Shown here one piece after another: positions 1 through 8,112 of a stretch of DNA of 64,000 nucleotides. Both the position numbers and the translations under genes were made by a program. Location: the IMG/VR virus record IMGVR_UViG_3300042317_000235, positions 493-64,492 of that record; one strand, written 5' to 3'. Source of the DNA: a virus. Lineage: Duplodnaviria > Caudoviricetes. Position 1 is the stretch's first letter. Each line of letters starts with the position of its first letter. The notes under the pieces were generated by a model. That model was not told the origin of the DNA. It made no database searches and saw only the letters and a program-made list of their open reading frames with translations.

Positions 1-26
1 ATCGTAAATTGTTTTAGGTTTGTCGT

Positions 27-299
27 TCATAGTGTCATCTCCCAACCTGTCGGCTTTATTAAATGATGTTGTAAAAACTTTCTACACATCTTGTTGTCTA
101 GTGAACTAACGTCCCTGCGCTTGCGTCTTTGCAAACTGTCTTGCACTCCTGCTACCACTGCACATCTCTTACATATTGTACTATCTGTTTTAAATACTGA
201 CTCTTCTTTGATTAAGTTACATACCTCGCATAGCCTATTCATGCTCAAGCTCCACAAATACGTTTGGTGCAATCTTATGTAGTTGATGGTTAATCTCAT
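27..299 (-). CDS. hypothetical protein with CxxC...CxxC zinc-finger-like motif (true start probably near 242)
   Basis: ORF track; CEVC and CKRC motifs; overlaps the thyX stop. Confidence 0.5.
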   Translation of the reverse strand: MRLTINYIRLHQTYLWSLSMNRLCEVCNLIKEESVFKTDSTICKRCAVVAGVQDSLQRRKRRDVSSLDNKMCRKFLQHHLIKPTGWEMTL

Positions 300-825
300 G
301 CGCTACTTCTCGTATCTCCCACTGCACTTCTTTACCACTGCGCAGTTTAATAAAGTCATACCACGCTTGGAAGTTACCGACTACCAGTAATTCTGTTGTC
401 GTGCCTTGTGGTAGGATGAATCGCGCATCTTCTTTTTTAACGCCATTTTTGATTAAGTTTTCATATAATATTTGAGCGTTATAAACAAAATCCTGCACAC
501 CATATTTACTAATGCTTTCTGGAATAACTACGTTAGTTTCTTCTTCATTACAATAGCGCTGACTACGTTGCAAGAAATCTAAATGCTTACTGCGAACAAA
601 CTGATGTGAACAGATGCGGCTAATATCCTCAATCAAAAACGTAGCATGGGCAAAGCGTAGTGTTGATAAATGCCCTTTGGTTACGCAGTGATAGGCTCTC
701 TTAATGCACTGCTCTGGTGATTGTTCACCTGTCTTACCGTAGCATATTCCTGCAAGTAATCCGATATGTTCTTCTGGGTTAGGCGTGTGCTGAACTAGGG
801 TTACTTTCATATTTTGTCCTCCCAC
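235..825 (-). CDS. thyX: FAD-dependent thymidylate synthase ThyX
   Basis: GHLSTLRF, SRICSHQFVRSKHLDFLQRSQRY (variant RHRxxSxxxxSxRY motif), EDARFILP, VQWEIR. Confidence 0.93.
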   Translation of the reverse strand: MGGQNMKVTLVQHTPNPEEHIGLLAGICYGKTGEQSPEQCIKRAYHCVTKGHLSTLRFAHATFLIEDISRICSHQFVRSKHLDFLQRSQRYCNEEETNVVIPESISKYGVQDFVYNAQILYENLIKNGVKKEDARFILPQGTTTELLVVGNFQAWYDFIKLRSGKEVQWEIREVAHEINHQLHKIAPNVFVELEHE

Positions 826-1115
826 GAGAAGTTGTATCTATCTTTTACTTTATATATCAGTAAACCTCTTTCATCAAACTCATCTTCCTCCACCTCATCA
901 CACGTAAACTCAGGCATAGTACCAAAAGTATAAGGAGATTTCTCATCAGGTACGCTGTCATATAACAAGCGTAATGCTTCTTGCATATTCCAGAACTTAT
1001 CCATCACCTCTGTAAACTCTTTAAAAAACTCTTCAGTGACCTCAACTTCTTTACCAAACCCATCACCTATATCATATATGGGGTAGAGCTCATCCTCACT
1101 AACTTTTAGTTTCAT
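807..1115 (-). CDS. hypothetical acidic phage protein
   Basis: ORF track; tightly packed with neighbours; RBS. Confidence 0.7.
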   Translation of the reverse strand: MKLKVSEDELYPIYDIGDGFGKEVEVTEEFFKEFTEVMDKFWNMQEALRLLYDSVPDEKSPYTFGTMPEFTCDEVEEDEFDERGLLIYKVKDRYNFSWEDKI

Positions 1116-1411
1116 TTCTTCTCACCTTTAAATGTTAGTTGCTTGCCCTCAGGAGTCATAAAACCAGTAAGACCTAGGTCATTATCAAAACTTCTAAAGC
1201 TATGTAGTCGCTGTCTTATAACCACTAAGGGTTCGTTAGTGCCTTCTCTTGTGCCTATGCGTATTCTAGGTGGTGATGCTTCTGGGTAATCTTCAGCTTG
1301 ACTTAGGTATATACCCTCAATAGTTTGCAGTGCCTCGATAAGTCTCCGTAAATCTAACCCATGACTATAAAAGAGCTTCATCACTACATCCATACATTCT
1401 TCTTCATTCAT
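1112..1411 (-). CDS. hypothetical phage protein
   Basis: ORF track; ATGA overlaps on both sides. Confidence 0.7.
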   Translation of the reverse strand: MNEEECMDVVMKLFYSHGLDLRRLIEALQTIEGIYLSQAEDYPEASPPRIRIGTREGTNEPLVVIRQRLHSFRSFDNDLGLTGFMTPEGKQLTFKGEKK

Positions 1412-1611
1412 TTCTTCTCTCCAGTAAGCTGATAAGGATGACAGGTTAAATTCCAGCGAGTAAAGTGAGTACCCATAGATTTAAGAACAAAGTCCTGTCT
1501 AACTGCCGCTGATTCGCATGATACCTTGTCTGCAAATGTTGATGTGCTTTGTGTAACTTCGCCAAAAGCCACAATAGTATTAATTAAAATATAAGCTGTT
1601 GTTGCAATCAT
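1408..1611 (-). CDS. small protein with hydrophobic N-terminus and two Cys (possibly exported)
   Basis: MIATTAYILINTIVAFG leader; FADKVSC...LTC pattern resembles 6388..6636. Confidence 0.6.
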   Translation of the reverse strand: MIATTAYILINTIVAFGEVTQSTSTFADKVSCESAAVRQDFVLKSMGTHFTRWNLTCHPYQLTGEKK

Positions 1612-2048
1612 TTCCCTGTACTCCCGAAGCCACCCTCGCCACGTTCAGTGCTACTACTGAACTCCTCTACCTCTATAAACTCTGCTCGAATTACTGGAAC
1701 AAAAAGCATCTGTGCAATCCTGTCTTGTGGGGATATTTTATACAACCCGTTACCTGTGTTCTTAATACTAACTTTAAGCTCACCTTGATAGTCACTGTCG
1801 ATAAGCCCTACCGAGTTACCCAACTTGATACCATAGTTATGTCCAAGTCCACTACGAGGCATGATAAGAGCCGCCGCTTCTACGTCATGGATATTTATTG
1901 CAATACCTGTCGGTATCATCGCAACCTCACCTAAATCTAACTTAATAGGCTTTGTGATGTTAGCTCTTAAGTCTACTGCCGCACTGCCCAAAGTTTCATA
2001 GGCAGGAATAACTACATTCTTTGTTAACTTCTTAATTTCAATTTTCAT
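1608..2048 (-). CDS. dut: trimeric dUTPase
   Basis: GSAAVDL, IPTG, PRSGLG, GLIDSDYQGE and RGEGGFGSTG motifs. Confidence 0.97.
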   Translation of the reverse strand: MKIEIKKLTKNVVIPAYETLGSAAVDLRANITKPIKLDLGEVAMIPTGIAINIHDVEAAALIMPRSGLGHNYGIKLGNSVGLIDSDYQGELKVSIKNTGNGLYKISPQDRIAQMLFVPVIRAEFIEVEEFSSSTERGEGGFGSTGK

Positions 2049-2452
2049 TATCGTTCTCCAATACCGTGTTCTTTTTCTACTGCCCTGACAAACTTAAAAT
2101 ATGGATTATTATCAATGTAACCATACTCGTTTAAAAAGCCGTAGACAGAACCAACATCATCTTTAACATGGTCAAGAGTGAATCCTGCATTGTATCCAAT
2201 GTTGAAAATTTCATCATCACTCAAAGGCTCACGTTTTGGTGGTGCTAGGTAGAGTGGCACATAATCTTTGTGGTTAGCATAATAACTATCATCTGTAAGA
2301 CCGCCTTCTCCTTTTGTTGACATCCACGCCACAGGCACTTGCTCATCTAGGTCTAGTTCAGCTTGTATATCCCAGTACAAATCATAATGAGTTTCTTTTA
2401 GTTCGAGCAGTGTATCTCGCACTCTTTTTAACAACTCTCTTTCTTTACTCAT
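2048..2452 (-). CDS. hypothetical phage protein (PVAW...PLY / PLSDDEI mosaic type)
   Basis: ORF track; motifs typical of small phage accessory proteins. Confidence 0.7.
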   Translation of the reverse strand: MSKERELLKRVRDTLLELKETHYDLYWDIQAELDLDEQVPVAWMSTKGEGGLTDDSYYANHKDYVPLYLAPPKREPLSDDEIFNIGYNAGFTLDHVKDDVGSVYGFLNEYGYIDNNPYFKFVRAVEKEHGIGER

Positions 2453-2478
2453 AAATCACCCACATTTGATATACATCG

Positions 2479-3102
2479 TCAATTACACTTCGAAAAGCCG
2501 CAGCTTACGCAAGTAACACAGCCATCCATCAATATTAAAGACTTGGTATTACATGACGTGCATAACTCAGCATTCTTTAAACCTTCTTCACCAACTTCTT
2601 CTTTCTTAGCTCCCAAGTACGCTTGTTGATGTTCATCCACTTCGACTTTAATCACGCCCGTTGCAACCAGATGTTGTTCGATAACTGTTCCTATCTCTGC
2701 TACGAGCGATGGCATATACACACCACCTTTTTTATAGTAACCGCCTTTCGGGTCAAACACATTCTTAAGTTCTTCAACTAAAAACGTAGAGTCACCACCT
2801 TTTCTCCACACTGCGGACACCAAGCGCGTTAATGCAAGTACCCACTGAAAGTGCTCCATGTTCTTACTGTTAATAAACATCTCGTAGGGATGACGCTCGT
2901 CACCGTTAAGCACCATATCGTTAATCGTAATATACAAAGCGTGCTCAGACTGCGGTGTCTTAATCTTATACGTTGTCCCTTGCAGGTATTCTGGTCGAGG
3001 CAGTAGCTCGTGCATCTTTTCTACATCTGCGGATACCGCAGGGGATTCTTCTTTATCAACTACTTTGTAGCCTGTAATCTTCTTATCTATTGTGTATGTC
3101 AT
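2479..3102 (-). CDS. nrdJb: class II ribonucleotide reductase small subunit NrdJb (TSCPD domain, C-terminal Zn ribbon and Cys pair)
   Basis: GTTYKIKTP..HALYITIND, FINSKNMEHFQW, RKGGD..FLVEELK.VFDP.GGY, SLVAEIG, C-terminal CTSC...DGCVTCVSCGFSKC. Confidence 0.88.
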   Translation of the reverse strand: MTYTIDKKITGYKVVDKEESPAVSADVEKMHELLPRPEYLQGTTYKIKTPQSEHALYITINDMVLNGDERHPYEMFINSKNMEHFQWVLALTRLVSAVWRKGGDSTFLVEELKNVFDPKGGYYKKGGVYMPSLVAEIGTVIEQHLVATGVIKVEVDEHQQAYLGAKKEEVGEEGLKNAELCTSCNTKSLILMDGCVTCVSCGFSKCN

Positions 3103-3104
3103 AC

Positions 3105-3263
3105 TTACCTCTGATGTCTTATGTCATTAAAGATGGGGCGTTGTTCTTTGCATTTATCGCACTCACGATACCCCCGACTTTGATACACCCGCCAATGGGC
3201 GTGCTTACAATTCACTGCGCTAGGCACAGGCGTTACTGCTTCTACCTTTTTAACTTTGTCCAT
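3105..3263 (-). CDS. small zinc-ribbon protein (start reassigned to MDKVKK)
   Basis: CKHAHW...RECDKC; GAGG RBS before ATG at 3263. Confidence 0.55.
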   Translation of the reverse strand: MDKVKKVEAVTPVPSAVNCKHAHWRVYQSRGYRECDKCKEQRPIFNDIRHQR

Positions 3264-3402
3264 AGTATCCTCATTGATAAGCCAATAAACCCTACATAGG
3301 CAACAAGTGCCACCCAATCATCTAAGGTCATTGTCATCCCCTTTTGTGTACTCAATCATAAAACAGACCATAGTAATTCCAATTACAGTCCAGTACGTTA
3401 TC

Positions 3403-3552
3403 TCAGCCATCTAACACCTCTTGTTCTTCCATCGCTCGGAGCATCAGCTTGAGTTGCTGTATCTCTGCGAGGATTTTAAGTTTAACTTTCTTTAATTCTT
3501 TCTTGTTTTTCTGCGCCATCTCAAGGCGTTTAAACATTTCGTCTTTAGTCAT
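3403..3552 (-). CDS. small coiled-coil hypothetical protein (49 aa, below ORF-track cut-off)
   Basis: MTKDEMFKRLEMAQKNKKELKKVKLKILAEIQQLKLMLRAMEEQEVLDG; GGAG RBS right after the polA stop. Confidence 0.55.
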   Translation of the reverse strand: MTKDEMFKRLEMAQKNKKELKKVKLKILAEIQQLKLMLRAMEEQEVLDG

Positions 3553-3562
3553 CTCTTCTCTC

Positions 3563-5383
3563 CTAACAGTCAGCTATGCTTCTACCCCATCCACCCTCAG
3601 CCGCTAGTGGTATATCGGGCATCCATGTGGGGGGTTTGCACATCTCTTCAATTAAATAATCTAAGGCGTCCTGCGCCTCACCCTCTGGCACAACTATATA
3701 CAGCGCGTCATGAATAGACAGCGCGATTTGATACCTCTTAGCTATGCGAACCATAGCCTCTGACATGATGCAACGGGCAGTCGCCTGTATACAATTATTA
3801 AATAATTTTGGTCCGTAAAGTCTATCATACCCATTGCGCAGTTTATACTTGTAACCCTTCTCGCCAGACGATTCGTCTATCACATTCTCAAGCTGTAGGT
3901 ACTGCATATATAGACCAGACGGGAGCTTCACACCGCGCTTACCATCCACTACATACAAACCGTTGCGACCAAATGTAAACGTACCATCGTCAGCGATTGC
4001 CTTAATAGCACTACTACACGTCTTCCAAAACGCTGTCACCCCTGTGTATGTATTGCGGTAGAGGTCAACGATGCGCTTCGCTTCCATCTCACCTAAGTCA
4101 GTGCCTGACCCCGCTTTAATAGCAGATTGAAGTTTAGAGTGCCCGACACCAAATATTAGTGATAGTTGCGAAACTTTACCAATAAACCGCTGTGCCTTAG
4201 TTACCTCCTCATAAGGTACGTTAAACGCAAGGGATGCAAACTCCTTATACAAATCCCGACCATCACCTAGTGACTTGAGAGCCTCCATCTCATCACACAC
4301 CCAAAGACCCACACGCAGTTCAATGTTAGATAAGTCAGCCCCTACTACGACCATACCATCAGGTGCAACAATAGACTTTTTAAGTGTGCTATCTCTAGGC
4401 AAGTTCTGAAAGTTTACTTTCTGTCCACCACCTGCTGACCACCTGCCTGTTGCCGCACCATAATAGTTTAGCGGTATGGGTAAGTAATTAGTTCGTTTAG
4501 CGATTCCAATAAAGCGTTCAGTCCGTGTTTCTTCGATTGTACTCTTAACACCAAGTCGCGTTGCGACCAGTACCTGCACATCTGGGTTCTCATGTTCGAG
4601 TAAGTCTTTGAGTCCGTCATCAGTCTTTGCGAAGGCATACGTTAGTTTTCCTGTAGTAGGTGATACTTTCATTGGTACATCAACCCCGTAGCTCTCAAGC
4701 AGTGCCGCAAACTTAGGGTTACTCATCAACTCTTTCTTATCGGCAACCACTCGACTCAGTAAGTCTTCCTTCTTTGTGCGTACTTCATGCAGGTAGGACT
4801 CCAGCATGGGCAGGTCGATAGTTAGCGTAGGGTTTGTTGCCATCTTAATAGTGATATCAATTAGCGATAGCTCTTGTGTGTTGAAGTGCGGCATCAGTGC
4901 ATGGAATAGCTTATACGTAACCTCCACATCGTTCACACAGTATTCACCATACCTTGCAAGCTCTTCCTCAGTAAAGTCTTTGAGGTGTTTACCCAGTGCG
5001 TTCACAACCTCCGTACCCTTCGCCCCTAGTTCATAATACTCTACTAGTTTAGCTAGGCTACCACCTACTGATATGCCGTGTATTGCACGAGCCATAGACA
5101 GGGTGTCTATGTACCTCTTAGCCGTGATACCAAAATACTCTGATAGAATCGTTGCATCAAAGAAAGTGTTATGACATAGCAGTATCTGATTAGGTATATC
5201 GTATAAGTCTAGGTACGCCTTAAGCTCCTCCTTAGTTCCTGTGTAAAAGATAGTAGGCTTATCGTCTACCTTGATGCCTACACCAATCACCTCAAACTCA
5301 TCACCGTTTACATACTCTTCAGTGGTTAGCTTGGATAAGCTGTAGGTCTTGCTGTAATACGTTTCCATATCTAGCGTAATCAT
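3563..5383 (-). CDS. polA: family A DNA polymerase with 3'-5' exonuclease
   Basis: ExoI LDMET, ExoII HNTFFD, ExoIII YCVND; TGRWS..NFQNLP; motif A DLSNIELR; motif B RFIGKVSQLSLIFG; motif C IHDA. Confidence 0.95.
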   Translation of the reverse strand: MITLDMETYYSKTYSLSKLTTEEYVNGDEFEVIGVGIKVDDKPTIFYTGTKEELKAYLDLYDIPNQILLCHNTFFDATILSEYFGITAKRYIDTLSMARAIHGISVGGSLAKLVEYYELGAKGTEVVNALGKHLKDFTEEELARYGEYCVNDVEVTYKLFHALMPHFNTQELSLIDITIKMATNPTLTIDLPMLESYLHEVRTKKEDLLSRVVADKKELMSNPKFAALLESYGVDVPMKVSPTTGKLTYAFAKTDDGLKDLLEHENPDVQVLVATRLGVKSTIEETRTERFIGIAKRTNYLPIPLNYYGAATGRWSAGGGQKVNFQNLPRDSTLKKSIVAPDGMVVVGADLSNIELRVGLWVCDEMEALKSLGDGRDLYKEFASLAFNVPYEEVTKAQRFIGKVSQLSLIFGVGHSKLQSAIKAGSGTDLGEMEAKRIVDLYRNTYTGVTAFWKTCSSAIKAIADDGTFTFGRNGLYVVDGKRGVKLPSGLYMQYLQLENVIDESSGEKGYKYKLRNGYDRLYGPKLFNNCIQATARCIMSEAMVRIAKRYQIALSIHDALYIVVPEGEAQDALDYLIEEMCKPPTWMPDIPLAAEGGWGRSIADC

Positions 5384-5384
5384 C
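5365..5384. repeat. 20-bp direct repeat copy 1 (polA start codons)
   Basis: CCATATCTAGCGTAATCATC, identical to 5630..5649. Confidence 0.9.
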
Positions 5385-5622
5385 TTGCCCTCTCCTTTAA
5401 ACTTTTCTCAAGTCTTTTTAAGTCATTCATCATCCGTCTCTTTTCAATGGTAATTATATTTGCCACCATGTATTTATACTCTTTATCTGATAGTTCATGT
5501 GAGCATTCCATCTGTGTTTGACCATCATCTGACCAGCGATATATGTTTTTAATGTGCCCTCCCTCAAGAACTACTTGGACGTAAAAGTCTAATCTAAGAC
5601 CCATTTCATAACAGCCGTTCAT
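5380..5622 (-). CDS. hypothetical protein between the 20-bp repeats (start reassigned to MNGCYEMG)
   Basis: ORF track 5380..5664; ATG at 5622 overlaps the stop of the MITLDMVAR mini-ORF. Confidence 0.65.
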   Translation of the reverse strand: MNGCYEMGLRLDFYVQVVLEGGHIKNIYRWSDDGQTQMECSHELSDKEYKYMVANIITIEKRRMMNDLKRLEKSLKERAR

Positions 5623-5629
5623 CTCGCCA

Positions 5630-5649
5630 CCATATCTAGCGTAATCATC
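5630..5649. repeat. 20-bp direct repeat copy 2 (encodes MITLDM mini-ORF start)
   Basis: identical to 5365..5384. Confidence 0.9.
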
Positions 5650-5775
5650 ACTTACCCCCAACAAGATTATATAAAATGATTTTAAATACTAATGACATAT
5701 ACACCACTCGATTACCTACCCAGTCCACCATTGAATTTTCAGTCCGCATAGCCTCTAATACTTTATCTAAATCAC

Positions 5776-5991
5776 TCATTTTGTCACCATGTTACCTTGC
5801 ACATCGCGGGTTAACTCATATACCCCATACATTTTACCGTCTCGTAGCATGAATTCACCGATGTTTGTCTTAATGATTTCATGGTAGTGTCTGTGCAATG
5901 CGCAGACTGTGAGTGTACCTGCTAGTGTACCTGCTAAAAAGATTGCCACTGCAACCCAAATAAAGTTTTCATCTTTCATATCAATCACCAC
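5776..5991 (-). CDS. small single-pass membrane protein
   Basis: FIWVAVAIFLAGTLAGTLTVCAL hydrophobic segment. Confidence 0.65.
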   Translation of the reverse strand: MVIDMKDENFIWVAVAIFLAGTLAGTLTVCALHRHYHEIIKTNIGEFMLRDGKMYGVYELTRDVQGNMVTK

Positions 5992-6197
5992 AATTTTTTA
6001 GGACGTCCACGAGGGGACAAATAAGTATTTACTAATGAGAACGCTTTTTCTAAATCCTCTACCGCCCATAAGAACGATGTCTTACCTTGATTGCTAATAC
6101 CGACAGGCGACACGTTGAGAGCGATTAACTTCCTTCTAAGCGTAGCTTGTGACATCCCTGTCTTCTTCGTAAACTGTTTAATCGTCATGGTTTTCAT
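5985..6197 (-). CDS. small HTH-like DNA-binding protein with C-terminal PRGRP AT-hook-like motif
   Basis: MTIKQFTKKTGMSQATLRRKL; similar to 6194..6391. Confidence 0.6.
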   Translation of the reverse strand: MKTMTIKQFTKKTGMSQATLRRKLIALNVSPVGISNQGKTSFLWAVEDLEKAFSLVNTYLSPRGRPKKLW

Positions 6198-6391
6198 AAC
6201 CCCACCATCCGATGTTTGATTCTGTCTTTAGCCATGTTTAAGTTGTCTATACTCCACACATAACTTGGTCTACGCCTGCTCACTTGTACTGACCCACACG
6301 GTGGGAAGTTTAGCTTCTCCAAATGAAACAGCAAGGTAGTCTTCGCTATCTTATGCAACTCACAGTATTCTTTAAGCGTCATCTCTGTCAT
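6194..6391 (-). CDS. small HTH-like protein
   Basis: MTLKEYCELHKIAKTTLLFHL; similar to 5985..6197. Confidence 0.6.
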   Translation of the reverse strand: MTEMTLKEYCELHKIAKTTLLFHLEKLNFPPCGSVQVSRRRPSYVWSIDNLNMAKDRIKHRMVGL

Positions 6392-6636
6392 TGCACTGTC
6401 CCCATAGCTGAGTCGTTACAGACAGCAGTAATAATACGAGTCGGTCTTTTGCTCATCTGATATGCACCGATAGCCATACCCCATTCTTCCTTAGCATTGT
6501 TGCAAGCCGTCATGCTGTCATAGGGGATTACACTCGTAGTGTAGGCTATGGTTTCGTGAGATGTTGTGCGTCCTTTCTTGTCAATGTTGGTATCGACAGT
6601 TAAAAAAGATAATGTAAGTACAAGTGTTGCGCTCAT
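6388..6636 (-). CDS. small protein with hydrophobic N-terminus and two Cys
   Basis: YDSMTAC...TAVC; GGAGAG RBS. Confidence 0.65.
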   Translation of the reverse strand: MSATLVLTLSFLTVDTNIDKKGRTTSHETIAYTTSVIPYDSMTACNNAKEEWGMAIGAYQMSKRPTRIITAVCNDSAMGTVQ

Positions 6637-6648
6637 GATGTTCTCTCC

Positions 6649-6951
6649 TTATTTCTTTAATAGCTGGTTTAATATTGCTTTGTCTATCTCAGGGTTGTTG
6701 GATATGTATCTATCAAATATCTCTTCTACCTCAAATTGTGGCGCTTCACAACCCACGTTGGATTCAATTTCGTACCCAAGCGCTTTACTTTTTACATACA
6801 GAGTAAGTTCTTCTTCTTCGCAGTAATAGTTATCGCCTTCTTCATCGTCTACTAGTTTTATCGTAGCCCAATACTCAAGTCTTTCATCTCCTATATGCAT
6901 AGTATATTCAAAGAACTCCCACCCATTTTCTTCTGTATATTCACTACTCAT
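6649..6951 (-). CDS. acidic hypothetical protein (start reassigned to MSSEY)
   Basis: GGAGAACATC-ATG leader at 6951. Confidence 0.65.
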   Translation of the reverse strand: MSSEYTEENGWEFFEYTMHIGDERLEYWATIKLVDDEEGDNYYCEEEELTLYVKSKALGYEIESNVGCEAPQFEVEEIFDRYISNNPEIDKAILNQLLKK

Positions 6952-6995
6952 GATGTTCTCCAGATTGCGCGGCTGTGACACCGCGCAGGTTATTG

Positions 6996-7235
6996 TTATT
7001 TAGATAGGAATTCGATTTCGGGTACTTCACGTCTTGCTTTCGCATACTCGACTTCTTTACCTGCTGAGTACACCATCACACGAGCGGCGGCAATAAGTTG
7101 CTGGGCATCCTGTACTGCAATGGTTTTGTTTTTAATACCTTCATATACTTCTGATAGGTTATGTCTAAGCTCTGTGCAATTTTTCATGGTTCTTAATCTC
7201 TCTGTTGATACTAATAATAAGTGCTTGTGCTTCAA
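6996..7235 (-). CDS. hypothetical protein (likely start MKNCTELR), partner of the upstream repeat protein
   Basis: ORF track; overlaps the 3' end of 7165..7590. Confidence 0.6.
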   Translation of the reverse strand: MKHKHLLLVSTERLRTMKNCTELRHNLSEVYEGIKNKTIAVQDAQQLIAAARVMVYSAGKEVEYAKARREVPEIEFLSK

Positions 7236-7590
7236 GCAACTCGGTTGGGATTTCGGCTTTCTTCAAGCCTGTTAATTTGTATATACTGTGTCTTGCAGAG
7301 TTTAACGGGTCGATATAATATACTTTATCCCACGCTTTTCTTTTCTCACGATTAGCTTCACGGTATGCTTTGTTATACGCTTTTATTTTCTCACGATTAG
7401 CTTCACGGTATGCTTTATCCCCCGCATTTATTTTCTCACGATTAGCTTCGTAGTATGCTTTATCCCACGCTTTTCTTTTCTCACGATTAGCTTCATAGTA
7501 TGCTTTATCCCACGCTTTTCTTTTCTCACGATTAGCTTCATAGTATGCTTTGTTATACGCTTTTAATTTCTCTGGGTCTTTGTATGGCAT
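7165..7590 (-). CDS. basic helical-repeat protein (about 5 x 15-aa YEANREKxKAxxKAY)
   Basis: 45-bp tandem DNA repeats at about 7322-7565; GGAGGAG RBS. Confidence 0.75.
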   Translation of the reverse strand: MPYKDPEKLKAYNKAYYEANREKRKAWDKAYYEANREKRKAWDKAYYEANREKINAGDKAYREANREKIKAYNKAYREANREKRKAWDKVYYIDPLNSARHSIYKLTGLKKAEIPTELLEAQALIISINREIKNHEKLHRA

Positions 7591-7601
7591 AGCTCCTCCT
7601 A

Positions 7602-7844
7602 CTATGCTTTAAAGACAGCTTGTTTTAGTTCGGGGTGTTTGTTCTTCATCTCTTCCATGTAATCTCTAATCAGAGGGACGACTTCAGACAGTAGCTTTTC
7701 TTGATGGTCATCCTCAATCATTAGAATCAATACAGCAATGCCTTTGTGCAATGTAAATGCTAGGTCTGCCATATCCATAGGTGACCCTGCCGCACCCCTA
7801 ATAAGTTTGTTTATGGTTTTGATGTACTCATCTTCTTTGCTCAT
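7602..7844 (-). CDS. hypothetical protein
   Basis: ORF track; GGAG RBS. Confidence 0.65.
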   Translation of the reverse strand: MSKEDEYIKTINKLIRGAAGSPMDMADLAFTLHKGIAVLILMIEDDHQEKLLSEVVPLIRDYMEEMKNKHPELKQAVFKA

Positions 7845-8112
7845 CGTTTTGACTCCAATACAGCTTTACGTAGCATCTTACGAAGTCTTGTGTTTTCAGT
7901 TTGCGTTGCACTTTGCATAGCCGCTAACACTAAGAATAAAAATAGCATCAGCAGGTATGCCGCATTAGAGGTGTCTAACCATGTTAAGATTTCAATTAGC
8001 TTTTCCATTTTGTTTCTCCAAATATTTTAGTTGTGATTCTTCTACCAATCTTTGTGTTTGCTCTGGTGTTAACCAGTGATACGGTCTACGTGCTGTTGGG
8101 TAATCTTCTGGG

